IMG/VR virus record: IMGVR_UViG_3300036761_001135
Coordinates: 96,001 to 160,000 of that record
DNA from: a virus
Length of the DNA stretch: 64,000 bases
Strand: one strand, 5' to 3'
The translations under genes were made by a program, and so were the position numbers. Shown here piece after piece: positions 30,226 to 39,601 of the stretch (within the stretch, counting starts at the first letter, position 1; each line of letters opens with the position of its first letter). The notes below the pieces were generated by a model, which made no database searches, was not told the origin of the DNA, and saw nothing but the letters and a program-made list of their open reading frames with translations.

Positions 30226-30645
30226 GTGGTTGCAGTTGCTCGCTTTGGGTTTGGCGCTAGCTCCGAGACCGTTCATGTGGCGTGTCTCTCGACCGACGCT
30301 GTGGGGGACGTGGTGGCGCTACGGGACACGGCGACGGTGACGGGGCGCTGGCGTGTGCAGCGGGCGGATCCGATGGACAACAATCGCATGCCGGGGATCG
30401 GCGTGCTTCTGCGCAAGGTGACGCCTACGACGGGGATCATGCAAAGGGTGGGTCATATTCGGGGTATCTATTCGGGGCTGGTCGCGCCGCGTCCGGTCTG
30501 GGTGGGGGTCGATGGGAGACCGACACAGACGATTCCGGCACCGACAGGGGGGCCTGTGATCATCCAGCGTTTGGGCCTGCCCGTGGACGGAGATGTGCTA
30601 TTCTTGACGGGAGAAGTTGGGCAGTTGACGCAGAGGATTCCGTAG
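30226..30645 (+). CDS. Putative virion decoration/cement-like protein
   Basis: VGDVV...A.......IG.....G....GL...VWVG..G.PT resembles the C-terminal domain of 31320-32726. Confidence 0.5.
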   Translation: MVAVARFGFGASSETVHVACLSTDAVGDVVALRDTATVTGRWRVQRADPMDNNRMPGIGVLLRKVTPTTGIMQRVGHIRGIYSGLVAPRPVWVGVDGRPTQTIPAPTGGPVIIQRLGLPVDGDVLFLTGEVGQLTQRIP

Positions 30646-30746
30646 GTGGAGACAGGCGTGCAGGCGATGGTTTCAGTTCATTTGTCGCGTCGTTGTATAT
30701 GTTGATTGGCACTGGACATGGCGGTATTATTAAACGCGGGTGTTGA

Positions 30747-31280
30747 GTGCTGAGTAAAAAGCTGATGGAGGAAGCGATGCAGAAGAAGGAAAAGTTAGCG
30801 AAGCTGAGCAAGCGGGTGAAGTTATTCCCGACGGTTGACCATGCGAAGACCGATGCGGATCTGGTCGGGCGGGTGAGTGATGTGCTGCCCGTGCTGGAGC
30901 CCACGTTGCCACCGGACGCGGCTGATTTCCCGCCGATAGCGGGTGGGATCGTGGACCATTTGCGTGTGTTGCGTCTGGCCTATGCCCAGATGGTCGTGGA
31001 GAAGTTGCAGTCGCAGCAGACCGCGTACACGCTTTCTTTTGACAGCCAGATCCGGGAGCTGACGCAGCGGAGGACGACGACTTTGATGCAGTTGATGCAG
31101 GAGTTGGCGCGGGCGAAAGAGACGTATCTGGGCGTCCAGCGTGAGATCGAGGGCTTCCATGGGATCGTGTTGGCCGAGTACACGTTCAACCCCGATGTTG
31201 GGACGTTGAACAGGATCGTGGATCCGTCAAAGAACATGGACGGGGCGTCTGCGGTGACGCAGGCAGAGCACTCGTCGTAG
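30747..31280 (+). CDS. Hypothetical coiled-coil protein
   Basis: Long ORF on the coding strand. Confidence 0.55.
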   Translation: MLSKKLMEEAMQKKEKLAKLSKRVKLFPTVDHAKTDADLVGRVSDVLPVLEPTLPPDAADFPPIAGGIVDHLRVLRLAYAQMVVEKLQSQQTAYTLSFDSQIRELTQRRTTTLMQLMQELARAKETYLGVQREIEGFHGIVLAEYTFNPDVGTLNRIVDPSKNMDGASAVTQAEHSS

Positions 31281-31319
31281 AGGCAGCGCGGCGCGTGTCG
31301 CCGTCGGAGGAGTCGCACC

Positions 31320-32726
31320 ATGGCAAACATTTACGTTCTGAAGTTGCACGCGGATGGCTACCCGGCAGAATTGGACCCCGCAGGGGTAGGGGCCGACATC
31401 CTACAACTGCCGAGCACCACGTTCGGTGGGGACATCGATCTGGGTGGCAACGAGGTCAAGAACATCTCGTATCCCACCGAGGGCGATTCGGCGGTCAACA
31501 AGAGCTATGTGGATGCGATTGCCTCGGGCCTCACGCCGCATGAGGCGGTCATCGTCAAGACACCTGCCATCCTGACGGATTACGTGTCGGGCGGCGGCAC
31601 GGGCGTGGGGCACACCTTGACCGCGCCGGACTTCACCGTCGCGCACAACACCATCGACAGTTTCCTGCTGACCACGATTGGCCAGCGCGTGTTGGTGTCG
31701 ATGCAGGGTGGCGACGATGCGACGGCGCACAAGGACAACGGCGTATACACCGTGTCGGCGTTGGCCAACGGCGTAGACGTGGCCTTCCAGTTGACCCGCG
31801 CCACGGACGCGGATCAGGCGGCGGCGGGCGAGATGGCGACTGGCCTGTACGTGTTCGTCACGGACGGCAGCACGCTGAAGAACACGGGCTGGACCCTCGT
31901 GACGCCAGAACCGATCACGATTGAGACCACCGCGCTGAAGTTCGCGCAGTTCAGCGGCGCACCGGGACTCACCTATGACAAGGGTCTCCATCGCTCGGTC
32001 AACAGCGTCTATGTCGAACTCGACGGCAACGCGGATGCGCAGGGCGCAGGTGCTCCCACGGCCTCACGCAAGTCGGGCTTGGAGTTCGATGCGGATACGG
32101 CGGCGGGCAAGTTGCGGGTGGCCGTGGCGGCCGCCGGTGGTTTGGAGCGCTACCAGACATCGACCTACGGTCTTGCGATCCTCGTGGACAACACGGACAG
32201 CGATGCCACGTTGGGGCTCACCTCCGACGGTGTGAAGGTGTTGGGTCTGCCCGCCTCGTTCACCATCGACGGGACAGGCGTAGATCCGTTGGTCACGGCG
32301 GACAACCTGACCGAGTTGGTGGACGGCAGCTCGACCACGCTGCATAGCCATCCGGGCGCGGGCGAGTCCGAGCGCGTGGAGTACGACTTCGTCGCAGATG
32401 GGGCCATCGCCCTGGGAGATCCGGTCTACTTGACCTCCGCTGGCAAGGTGTCCAAGGCGCGGGCCGATACCGATGCCAAGGCGTTCGCGTGCGGCATTGC
32501 GCATCTCGGCGGAGCAGATGGGTTTACCTGTCCCGTCGTGATCGATGGCGTGGCAGCGGCGGTGTTCGGCTCGGATCAGACGATGGGCGACCGCTGGTAC
32601 GTCGCGGCCACAGGCGGCTTGACCAAGGTCGTGCCGGGCGCTGGCAAGCACGTCATGCAGATGGGCTTCACCTGTGCGGTGCGCAGTCTACTTTTGCAGA
32701 AGCAATACATCGGCAAGAAGGTATGA
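31320..32726 (+). CDS. Virion fibre/decoration protein
   Basis: AVNKSYVDAIASGL, NGVY, LTRATDAD, FVTDGST, FAQFSGA and C-terminal GAIALGDPVY..GIA; related to 12798. SD GGAGG. Confidence 0.7.
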   Translation: MANIYVLKLHADGYPAELDPAGVGADILQLPSTTFGGDIDLGGNEVKNISYPTEGDSAVNKSYVDAIASGLTPHEAVIVKTPAILTDYVSGGGTGVGHTLTAPDFTVAHNTIDSFLLTTIGQRVLVSMQGGDDATAHKDNGVYTVSALANGVDVAFQLTRATDADQAAAGEMATGLYVFVTDGSTLKNTGWTLVTPEPITIETTALKFAQFSGAPGLTYDKGLHRSVNSVYVELDGNADAQGAGAPTASRKSGLEFDADTAAGKLRVAVAAAGGLERYQTSTYGLAILVDNTDSDATLGLTSDGVKVLGLPASFTIDGTGVDPLVTADNLTELVDGSSTTLHSHPGAGESERVEYDFVADGAIALGDPVYLTSAGKVSKARADTDAKAFACGIAHLGGADGFTCPVVIDGVAAAVFGSDQTMGDRWYVAATGGLTKVVPGAGKHVMQMGFTCAVRSLLLQKQYIGKKV

Positions 32727-32765
32727 TTCAGCATAGTTACGCATGACAGGAAAGCGTAACCAACT

Positions 32766-32894
32766 CAGTACATCCGCACGTTGATGGCGCAGGGCACGCA
32801 TTCCGCGAGCGACCTGGCAAAGATATTCTGTGTCTCGCCGATGACTGTGTATAATGTCCTCCAGCGGCGAACGCATGCGCACGTCACCGACTAG
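32766..32894 (+). pseudogene. Isolated HTH resembling the C-terminal DNA-binding domain of HNH homing endonucleases
   Basis: QYIRTLMAQG.HS.SDLAKIFCVSPMTVYNVLQRRTHAHV, with an in-frame TAA at 32757 just upstream. Not in the ORF track. Confidence 0.45.
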
Positions 32895-32902
32895 GAGGCA
32901 TC

Positions 32903-33244
32903 GTGGCCAAGGATCGCGTCCAGCCTCTCAAGCTTGAAGATCCCGAAACCGGGGGCGTCGAGACGGACTTTGGGCCGACCTCGACGGACCCGAGCGAGGA
33001 TTACCTTGACGCGCACGGGCTCACCATCCAGAGCACGACGTCCGACGATGAGGACGTGTGGATAGGGCGGGACGACGCGACCGACGACATGGTTTTCACG
33101 GACAAGGTGGCGGGGGGACCGTACACGCTGACCCAGTTGTTGGAGGGGGAGAACACGTTTGATCCGGGCATCTTGATCATTACGACATGGGGCGGACTGG
33201 TGTACAACAATCAAGGCCGGTTCATCGTGAAGAAGGAGCCATAA
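32903..33244 (+). CDS. Hypothetical virion-module protein
   Basis: SD AGGAGG with a GTG start. Confidence 0.6.
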   Translation: MAKDRVQPLKLEDPETGGVETDFGPTSTDPSEDYLDAHGLTIQSTTSDDEDVWIGRDDATDDMVFTDKVAGGPYTLTQLLEGENTFDPGILIITTWGGLVYNNQGRFIVKKEP

Positions 33245-33765
33245 TGCCCAGCACCTCGCTCCATAAAGACCTCATCCCAGAACAGATCCACGCGCCGTTG
33301 TCGTTTTCGTACACGGACTCGGCCACGCGGGAGGGTGCGACGGGCCTGTTGCCGATAGACGTGGGGAAATTCGCTCGCCAGCTCGATGACAACTCGGTGT
33401 GGATGCTGGTGGACGACAGCCCGGTGACGTGGGCGACGGTAAGTGGCCAGGGGATCACGACGGACCAGCACAAGGCGTTGAGGCACCTGATACATTTTAT
33501 CGATCATGGCCCAGCCGACGGCTTCGCCAGCGGGGCATACCGAGAGATGACGGGGACGGTGTTTCCGACGGCGATCATTTGGTATGATCAGGCCGGGGTG
33601 GGGAAGAAGAAAATCGTCGAGAAGCTGACAACGTGGACCGGGGTGAACCCGACGACGATCACCTGGAAGATGTACGATGCCAGCGAGACCTTGTTGGTGA
33701 CCTTGACAGACACGGTTGTCTACAGCGGTGTGTTCGAGACCTCTCGAACTCGCGCCATCAGTTGA
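33244..33765 (+). CDS. Hypothetical virion-module protein
   Basis: TAATG overlap, SD AAGGAG; DVGKFARQLDDNSVWML motif. Confidence 0.6.
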   Translation: MPSTSLHKDLIPEQIHAPLSFSYTDSATREGATGLLPIDVGKFARQLDDNSVWMLVDDSPVTWATVSGQGITTDQHKALRHLIHFIDHGPADGFASGAYREMTGTVFPTAIIWYDQAGVGKKKIVEKLTTWTGVNPTTITWKMYDASETLLVTLTDTVVYSGVFETSRTRAIS

Positions 33766-33775
33766 GAGGGAGAAC

Positions 33776-35116
33776 ATGGGCGACTCACCAGCTTCCATTT
33801 TACACAACACGTCGGGAACCGAGATTGCAACGGCGTCCAATCCCGTGCGCGTGGACCCGACCGGGACCACGACGCAGCCGGTATCGGCCACGGCGCTGCC
33901 CTTGCCCACTGGAGCCTCGACTTCGGCGAAGCAGCCCGCGTTGGGGACGGCGGGATCGCCTTCGGCAGATGTGATTTCGGTCCAGGGCGTGTCTGGTGGG
34001 ACGCCACAGCCGGTGTCCGATGGAGGGAGTTCGATCACCGTCGATGGGACCGTGACGGCGAACGCAGGCACGGGGCCGTTCCCGGTGAGCGACAACGGCG
34101 GGAGTCTCACGATTGATGGATCGGTGACGGCGAACATCGGCACGTCAGGATCGCTCGCGCTTGATGCCACGCTCACGGGCGGCACGCAGAAGGCTATCGT
34201 GCGGGGCGGGGCCAAGGGGGCAACGTCGGCAGCGGACGTGACCTCGACGGCGGAGGGCACCGACCACCAGGCGTTGGATGTGCAGATCATGCACGGGGGC
34301 GCGGCGAAAGATCCCACGCAGATCCGGGCGCTCACGGCGTCGGACATCGTGACAGCGGCGCAGGGGACGGCGGCGGCATCGTCTGGAGCCTGGCCTGCCA
34401 AGGTCACTGATGGCACCAACGTGGCAGCGGTCAAGGCGGCTTCGACGGCGGCGGTGGCGGCGGACCCCGCGTTGGTCGTAGCCATCTCGCCGAACAATAC
34501 CCCGGTGTTGCCGAGTGGGGCCGCGACGTCGGCGCTTCAGACGACGGGCAACACGTCGGTGGGGAACATTGATACGAAGACGCCAACGTTGGGGCAGAAA
34601 GCCATGGCGGGGTCGACTCCGGTCGTGTTGGCGTCGGATCAGAGTGCGGTGCCAGTGGCGGATGGCGGGGGGTCGTTGACCATCGACGCTACAGCGTTGC
34701 CCCTCCCGACGGGCGCGTCTACTGAGACGACGCTCTCTGCGGTGTCTACGAAGCTGCCTGCGACGTTGGGGCAGAAGGCCATGGCGGCGAGTCTCGCGGT
34801 GACGTTGGCCTCGGACCAGAGCGTGATCGCCATGCGGGATGCTCCAGCGACGGCGGCGACGGTGGCGAGCGTAGCGGCGGCGGTGGCCGATACGACGTTG
34901 CTGGCTGCGAATGCGTCGCGCATGGGCGCGTCCGTGTTCAACGCGAGCACGGCCATCCTGTACCTAAAGTTGGGTACAGGGGCGAGCGCGGCCTCCTACA
35001 CGGTGCGCATGACGCCCAACGCCTATTACGAGATTCCTTTCGGGTACAGCGGGCAGATCAACGGGTACTGGGCAGCGGCGAACGGGGCGGCACTGGTGAC
35101 GCAGGTGACGCAGTAG
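33776..35116 (+). CDS. Ala/Thr/Ser-rich repetitive fibre-like protein
   Basis: PVxDxGxS(I/L)T(V/I)D x3, LPLPTGAST x2 and TLGQKAMA.S..V.LASDQS x2. Confidence 0.65.
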   Translation: MGDSPASILHNTSGTEIATASNPVRVDPTGTTTQPVSATALPLPTGASTSAKQPALGTAGSPSADVISVQGVSGGTPQPVSDGGSSITVDGTVTANAGTGPFPVSDNGGSLTIDGSVTANIGTSGSLALDATLTGGTQKAIVRGGAKGATSAADVTSTAEGTDHQALDVQIMHGGAAKDPTQIRALTASDIVTAAQGTAAASSGAWPAKVTDGTNVAAVKAASTAAVAADPALVVAISPNNTPVLPSGAATSALQTTGNTSVGNIDTKTPTLGQKAMAGSTPVVLASDQSAVPVADGGGSLTIDATALPLPTGASTETTLSAVSTKLPATLGQKAMAASLAVTLASDQSVIAMRDAPATAATVASVAAAVADTTLLAANASRMGASVFNASTAILYLKLGTGASAASYTVRMTPNAYYEIPFGYSGQINGYWAAANGAALVTQVTQ

Positions 35117-35551
35117 ATGGGGCTGTATCTCCCATATCCCGAGGTTGGCGGGATCATACAGACGGCCTCGGCGCGGTTGACGGCGAACACCACGACGACC
35201 TCCATCACCTATGTGGATCTGTTGACCTGTGCGATCACGACGGGGGGCAGCTCGCGGTTGGAGGTGTACGCGAGTTTTGCGACGAGCAATGCGGTGGACC
35301 GTGCCGGGACGGAGCAGGACTACTTCCAGATCACGGTGGATGGGACGGTGTTGGCCCAGGGCGGGAGCGAGCAGTGGACGGTGACGGAGAGCGGGGCATT
35401 GTTCGCGGTGTCCGGTGTGTTGGCGGCGGGGGCCAAGACGGTGCGGCTCCAGTGGCGGACCACGACAGGGGGGACGTTGCGCTGTGCGGGTGGCACCATA
35501 CTGACCCAGCCCGAACATGCGTCGCTCGTGGTCATCGAGACGAAGGGTTGA
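35117..35551 (+). CDS. Small beta-rich virion protein, paralog 1 of 3
   Basis: VDG...G.E, LxAGxxTVxxxW and TLRC shared with the next two genes. Confidence 0.65.
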   Translation: MGLYLPYPEVGGIIQTASARLTANTTTTSITYVDLLTCAITTGGSSRLEVYASFATSNAVDRAGTEQDYFQITVDGTVLAQGGSEQWTVTESGALFAVSGVLAAGAKTVRLQWRTTTGGTLRCAGGTILTQPEHASLVVIETKG

Positions 35552-35556
35552 TGTAG

Positions 35557-35967
35557 ATGCCACTCTTCCCAGACCTTCCGGTATTGATCACGAAGACGGC
35601 GTTTACGGCGTTGGAGGTGGATCGAACGACCACGGCGACCAGTTACGAGAACCTGTTGACGCAGGAGATCCTGACGCAGGAGGGCAGCTTTCTGGTGATT
35701 CGCGCCTCGTTCTCGACCTCGGACAGCGCGTCGTTGTCTTCGCAAAACTCTTTCCGCGTTACGGTAGACGGAAACACGGTCGCTCTTGGGGGGGCTGAGA
35801 TATTTACGTGCATCCAGTCGGGGTCGATTTGCACGCTAGTGGGTCCGTTGACGGCGGGACCGCATACCGTGAATCTGGACTGGCAGACGGCGGCGGGGAA
35901 CACGTTACGGTGTCGCCCGGTGACGCAGGATGAGCAGGCGTCGTTGCTGACGACTGAGGAGACGTGA
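35557..35967 (+). CDS. Small beta-rich virion protein, paralog 2 of 3
   Basis: LTAGPHTVNLDW..TLRCRP. Confidence 0.65.
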   Translation: MPLFPDLPVLITKTAFTALEVDRTTTATSYENLLTQEILTQEGSFLVIRASFSTSDSASLSSQNSFRVTVDGNTVALGGAEIFTCIQSGSICTLVGPLTAGPHTVNLDWQTAAGNTLRCRPVTQDEQASLLTTEET

Positions 35968-35968
35968 G

Positions 35969-36394
35969 ATGCCGCTGACCAATGCGAAGGTGGTAGATCC
36001 CAACGTGGTGCAGACGGTGAGTGCCGTGTTGGATGTCGATAAGACCATCGCCTCGACCACGTATGGGGTGGTGCTCTCGCTGAGCGTGACGACGTTGGCC
36101 AGTTCGAACCTGTTGATCTGGGTGAGTTACTGCATGACGTTCACGCCGAGCGTGACCAACGAGTACCGCTTGCAGTTGCGGGTGGACGGGACGGTGGTGT
36201 TGTTCTCCGGGGAAGAAGAGTTCGGCATTGCGCAGACCGGGTCCATGGTGCATCGGGCGGTCGCGCTGACAGCCGGAGCGCATACCGTGGACGTGCGGTG
36301 GCGCATTGGGGCGGCGGGGGAGGGCACGTTGCGGTGTCGCCCGTCGGTGCCGCCCGAGGGGATTTCCATCATTGCCATGGAGACGCTAGTCTAG
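35969..36394 (+). CDS. Small beta-rich virion protein, paralog 3 of 3
   Basis: LTAGAHTVDVRW..TLRCRP. Confidence 0.65.
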   Translation: MPLTNAKVVDPNVVQTVSAVLDVDKTIASTTYGVVLSLSVTTLASSNLLIWVSYCMTFTPSVTNEYRLQLRVDGTVVLFSGEEEFGIAQTGSMVHRAVALTAGAHTVDVRWRIGAAGEGTLRCRPSVPPEGISIIAMETLV

Positions 36395-36405
36395 GAGGAG
36401 TACCG

Positions 36406-37353
36406 ATGACCAGTTATGTGTTTTCCATTCACGACGATTTTCCGAACCACGCCTTAGCCTCCGACCGGCTCACCATCGAGATTGGGGAGAGCGCCATTGT
36501 CACCGCGCTGGACGGCATCAGCACGTCCGGGGACGTCTGCGACATCGTGTTCAAGGCGGCGCTCTCCGAGGGGGACGAGGCGCTGCTGGAGGGGCTGGTA
36601 GCCGCGCACAGCGGGTTGCCGCTGCCCCAAGTGACCGAGGTGCGCACGACGGACGGGAAGTTGTACGTGTCGCCCGACATGTGGCCGCTAGGGACGCTGA
36701 CCAACTTCACGGGAGCCGCCGACGATGTGACCAACGGCGTCGTGGGCACGGATCTGCTGGCGTTTTCCTCGACAGCCGTGGAGGACAACGTCAAGGCGTT
36801 TCAGTTCATCCTGCCCAGCTACCTGGCCGGGGGGCATCTCCAGTACCAGGGGGCGGTGTTTGGCGACTGGATCGACTTCACGAGCGTCGTACCAGCGACG
36901 GCAGGCGTGTCGAATCCGGGGGCAGGAAATTTCAATAAGGTGCAGGTGGGCGCAGGGGCAAACGTCTTTGTGCCTTCGGTGCCAGGGTCGGGAAATTGGG
37001 ATCTCGATCTTACCGCCAAGGAGAACGCCAACGTCACCTTTACCAAGGTCAGGCCGGTTCCCGCGCCCGGCATGAACGGATACTTCGACCACAGCATCGA
37101 GACTGGAGCGGTGGTTCTCAACGCGACTGGGCATGGAGGGTATCACCTGTGCGATTACGAGGTGACGCTGGCTCGGTTCATTACGCGGGTGTCGATCATG
37201 GGGAGCGACCACTTCCCGTTGACGGTGCCAGCGGTGCGCCCGATCCTGATCCTGCCGCACTGGTTGCACCGCGTGACCGTGCATAATTCGACGACCAAGA
37301 CGCTGCATCTGGTCGCCATGCTCTACCGAGGGTTGGTCAATCCGTTGAGGTGA
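36406..37353 (+). CDS. Hypothetical virion-module protein
   Basis: SD AGGAGGAG before ATG 36406. Confidence 0.6.
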   Translation: MTSYVFSIHDDFPNHALASDRLTIEIGESAIVTALDGISTSGDVCDIVFKAALSEGDEALLEGLVAAHSGLPLPQVTEVRTTDGKLYVSPDMWPLGTLTNFTGAADDVTNGVVGTDLLAFSSTAVEDNVKAFQFILPSYLAGGHLQYQGAVFGDWIDFTSVVPATAGVSNPGAGNFNKVQVGAGANVFVPSVPGSGNWDLDLTAKENANVTFTKVRPVPAPGMNGYFDHSIETGAVVLNATGHGGYHLCDYEVTLARFITRVSIMGSDHFPLTVPAVRPILILPHWLHRVTVHNSTTKTLHLVAMLYRGLVNPLR

Positions 37354-37886
37354 GCATGGACGACGTGCGCATCATTTTGTCGGCCTCCAGAACGCCTCTT
37401 GGATCATTGATCCGGTGGTGTACTAAGAGCCAGGTCTCGCACTGCATGGTGGAGTTCCCGGTCTGGGGACGGAGCATGGTAGCCGAGTCTCGGGTGGGTG
37501 GAGTGCGGATTGTGCCATCGACGAAAGCGCGGCATCATGTGGTGGTTGAATATCGCTGTTGCTTTCCCTCTCGTACCGGGCTGGCGGCGATCTCGGACGA
37601 GGCTGGGGAGAAGTACGACTACGGCGGGTTGTTCGTGATCGGTTGGGCGATCATTGCTGCGAAATGGCTGCGGATTTCTGTGAAGCGGTGGCGTTGGAAG
37701 TCGGAATCAATCAAGTGCTCGGAGCTGGTCGTGATCTTCTTGCGGGCGTCGGGTGTGAAAGGGGCGGAGTTGCTTCCCATGGAGCTGACGACCCCGGAGG
37801 ACATCCGTAGTTTTTGCCAAGAACAGAAGGCGTATTTCGAGGAGGTCATCAAGGGGAACGCTGCCAAATCCGGGCTCATACCCTGA
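37350..37886 (+). CDS. Permuted papain-like NlpC/P60 enzyme (YaeF/YiiX, peptidase C92-like)
   Basis: IRW.T.S..SH, YDY and CSELV, with His preceding Cys. Confidence 0.75.
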   Translation: MSMDDVRIILSASRTPLGSLIRWCTKSQVSHCMVEFPVWGRSMVAESRVGGVRIVPSTKARHHVVVEYRCCFPSRTGLAAISDEAGEKYDYGGLFVIGWAIIAAKWLRISVKRWRWKSESIKCSELVVIFLRASGVKGAELLPMELTTPEDIRSFCQEQKAYFEEVIKGNAAKSGLIP

Positions 37887-37887
37887 C

Positions 37888-37903
37888 GCGAACCTGGGTT
37901 CGC
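37888..37903. repeat. 16-bp palindrome, copy 6 (GCGAACCTGGGTTCGC)
   Basis: 1 nt after a stop codon. Confidence 0.9.
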
Positions 37904-38084
37904 CTGGTATCGCTGAAGCCTCGAAAACGGAATAGTTATTGGATATTCGTCTGGCATTATTCAAAATCTCGGGGTCAAAAAAAACAGCCTGGATATATAT
38001 GCGAAATCATAAGTCCGCGCAAAGCGTGTCATAAAGTGCATAACTTATGCGTGCGGTTTGCACGGGATCGCGGGTGTGATAGAA

Positions 38085-38255
38085 GGGGATTAGCCCACGC
38101 TGCCATCGTCTTGACCCTCCCCGTTTGGTTGGTGGCAGCGTGGGGTGTCATCCTTGCCGCTCTAGATCTGGCGTGATACCATCAAAACCATGGTAGATTG
38201 CGTCCATGCCATCTCGCGGGAGTGCGCCGATTTTGGCATGGCGATGATCGATCCT
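38085..38255 (+). ncRNA. Candidate structured non-coding RNA
   Basis: A 14-bp stem (38094-38107/38131-38144) plus a multi-stem junction (38148-38247); promoter-like TTGCAC..TG.TAGAAG upstream. Confidence 0.3.
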
Positions 38256-38283
38256 GCGGGAAAGACCACATGGAGCCGGTATT

Positions 38284-38877
38284 TTGTGGACGTATACCGC
38301 GAACCAGATCATGAGATCTGAGAATCCCGTTCCATATCTGCGCTGGCCGGATGTGCGCATTGTTTTTGTGAGTACGTCGGGGGTTTTCGCGTCGATAACG
38401 CGATGGGCAGCGAGTAGCCCGGTAAACCATGTCTATCTGGAGGTGCCTGTTTGGGGGCGGCGCATGGTATGCGATGCGACGATGAGGCATGGCGTGCGGT
38501 TGCTTCCACATGCCCCGTTGGGAGTACGTGTCGTTGCCACATATCGCTGTCATTTTGATACCACCCCTGGAATCTACCTATTGATGGATCAATTGGGGCG
38601 TCCTTACGAAAACTGCGGCAGGTTTGGAACCGCGTGGATGCGTTTGGCATGGAGGTGGCTCAGGCTAAAGATGAAGAACTGGCGTTGGAATACGAGTGCG
38701 ATTAAGAGTTCCGAATTGTCGGTGTTATTCATCAAGGCATGTGATGTTCGATCCACGAGTCTCGTTCCAGATCGCACGGATTTAGTGGATATGTTAGGTT
38801 GGTGTCAGGCTCGGCCTGGATGGTTCGAGCGGGTTCAGGGAGCGCCGCCCCATTTGGCGCAGCGGGAGCGACGATGA
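38284..38877 (+). CDS. Second permuted NlpC/P60 paralog, with Ser at the catalytic Cys position
   Basis: Aligns with 37350 (DVRI, PVWGR, YRC.F, WRW, IK-S-SEL versus IK-C-SEL). Start uncertain (ATG 38311 possible). Confidence 0.7.
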   Translation: MWTYTANQIMRSENPVPYLRWPDVRIVFVSTSGVFASITRWAASSPVNHVYLEVPVWGRRMVCDATMRHGVRLLPHAPLGVRVVATYRCHFDTTPGIYLLMDQLGRPYENCGRFGTAWMRLAWRWLRLKMKNWRWNTSAIKSSELSVLFIKACDVRSTSLVPDRTDLVDMLGWCQARPGWFERVQGAPPHLAQRERR

Positions 38878-39287
38878 CGACATGGTTGCACAAGACGCAG
38901 GCGTGGGTCGAGCGCTACTGGCAGTGGGTTGTGGCGGGGTTGGGGACTGGGGCGGCACTTGTGGCGACATTGGTAGTCCGACGAAAGAGCCATAAAGATC
39001 CAGAGCCCGTGGTGCCGGAGGTGGTAGTCGATCCTAGCCCGGCGTTGGGACCGTTGGCGGACATCGGCCCGCAGGTGGACGCGATTGAGGCCGTGGTGCG
39101 GGATGAGGCGGCGCATGATGCCGTTGAAACGAAGGAGGCCCACGATGCGATTAACGCTGCTGATAGCATTTCTGCTGTCACTGATATTCTGTATGGCCGC
39201 ACCAAGTCGAGCGACGTCCCTGCCTCCACGTCCGACGGTGGAGCTGCCCCTACCGATGGGGTTCGAGGAAAAAACAAGCGGCGGTGA
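38874..39287 (+). CDS. N-terminally anchored membrane protein (i-spanin-like)
   Basis: A single N-terminal transmembrane segment followed by an acidic helical region; ATGA overlap. Confidence 0.45.
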   Translation: MTTWLHKTQAWVERYWQWVVAGLGTGAALVATLVVRRKSHKDPEPVVPEVVVDPSPALGPLADIGPQVDAIEAVVRDEAAHDAVETKEAHDAINAADSISAVTDILYGRTKSSDVPASTSDGGAAPTDGVRGKNKRR

Positions 39288-39600
39288 GGCGCAGTGTTTT
39301 TTGCTTCCCGAGTGGAAGGAGATGGCGCACATCGTTGTGGACTATCGGTTGTTGCTGGCGTGGGCGGGCCAGGCGGAGGTGTTGTACGCCACGGCGAGCA
39401 TTAGCAAATCGACGGCAGAGGCGACGGCGAAGGTGGCATTGGCGTCTCAGCAGGCGGCAGTAGCGAGCGAGAAGGCATCGCGGGAGAAGGCGGAAAAGGA
39501 GCGTAAGAAGTCGCAACGGCGGGGATGGCTTGCGGCAAGTTTTGGATTAGCGGCTATCGTACTTGGTGGCGTTGTGGTTGTCGTTGTAGCGGGGAAATAG
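39145..39600 (+). CDS. Signal peptide plus coiled coil plus C-terminal TM protein (spanin-like), overlapping the previous gene
   Basis: SD AAGGAGG before ATG 39145; MRLTLLIAFLLSLIFC leader and hydrophobic C-terminus. Confidence 0.5.
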   Translation: MRLTLLIAFLLSLIFCMAAPSRATSLPPRPTVELPLPMGFEEKTSGGEAQCFLLPEWKEMAHIVVDYRLLLAWAGQAEVLYATASISKSTAEATAKVALASQQAAVASEKASREKAEKERKKSQRRGWLAASFGLAAIVLGGVVVVVVAGK

Positions 39601-39601
39601 C

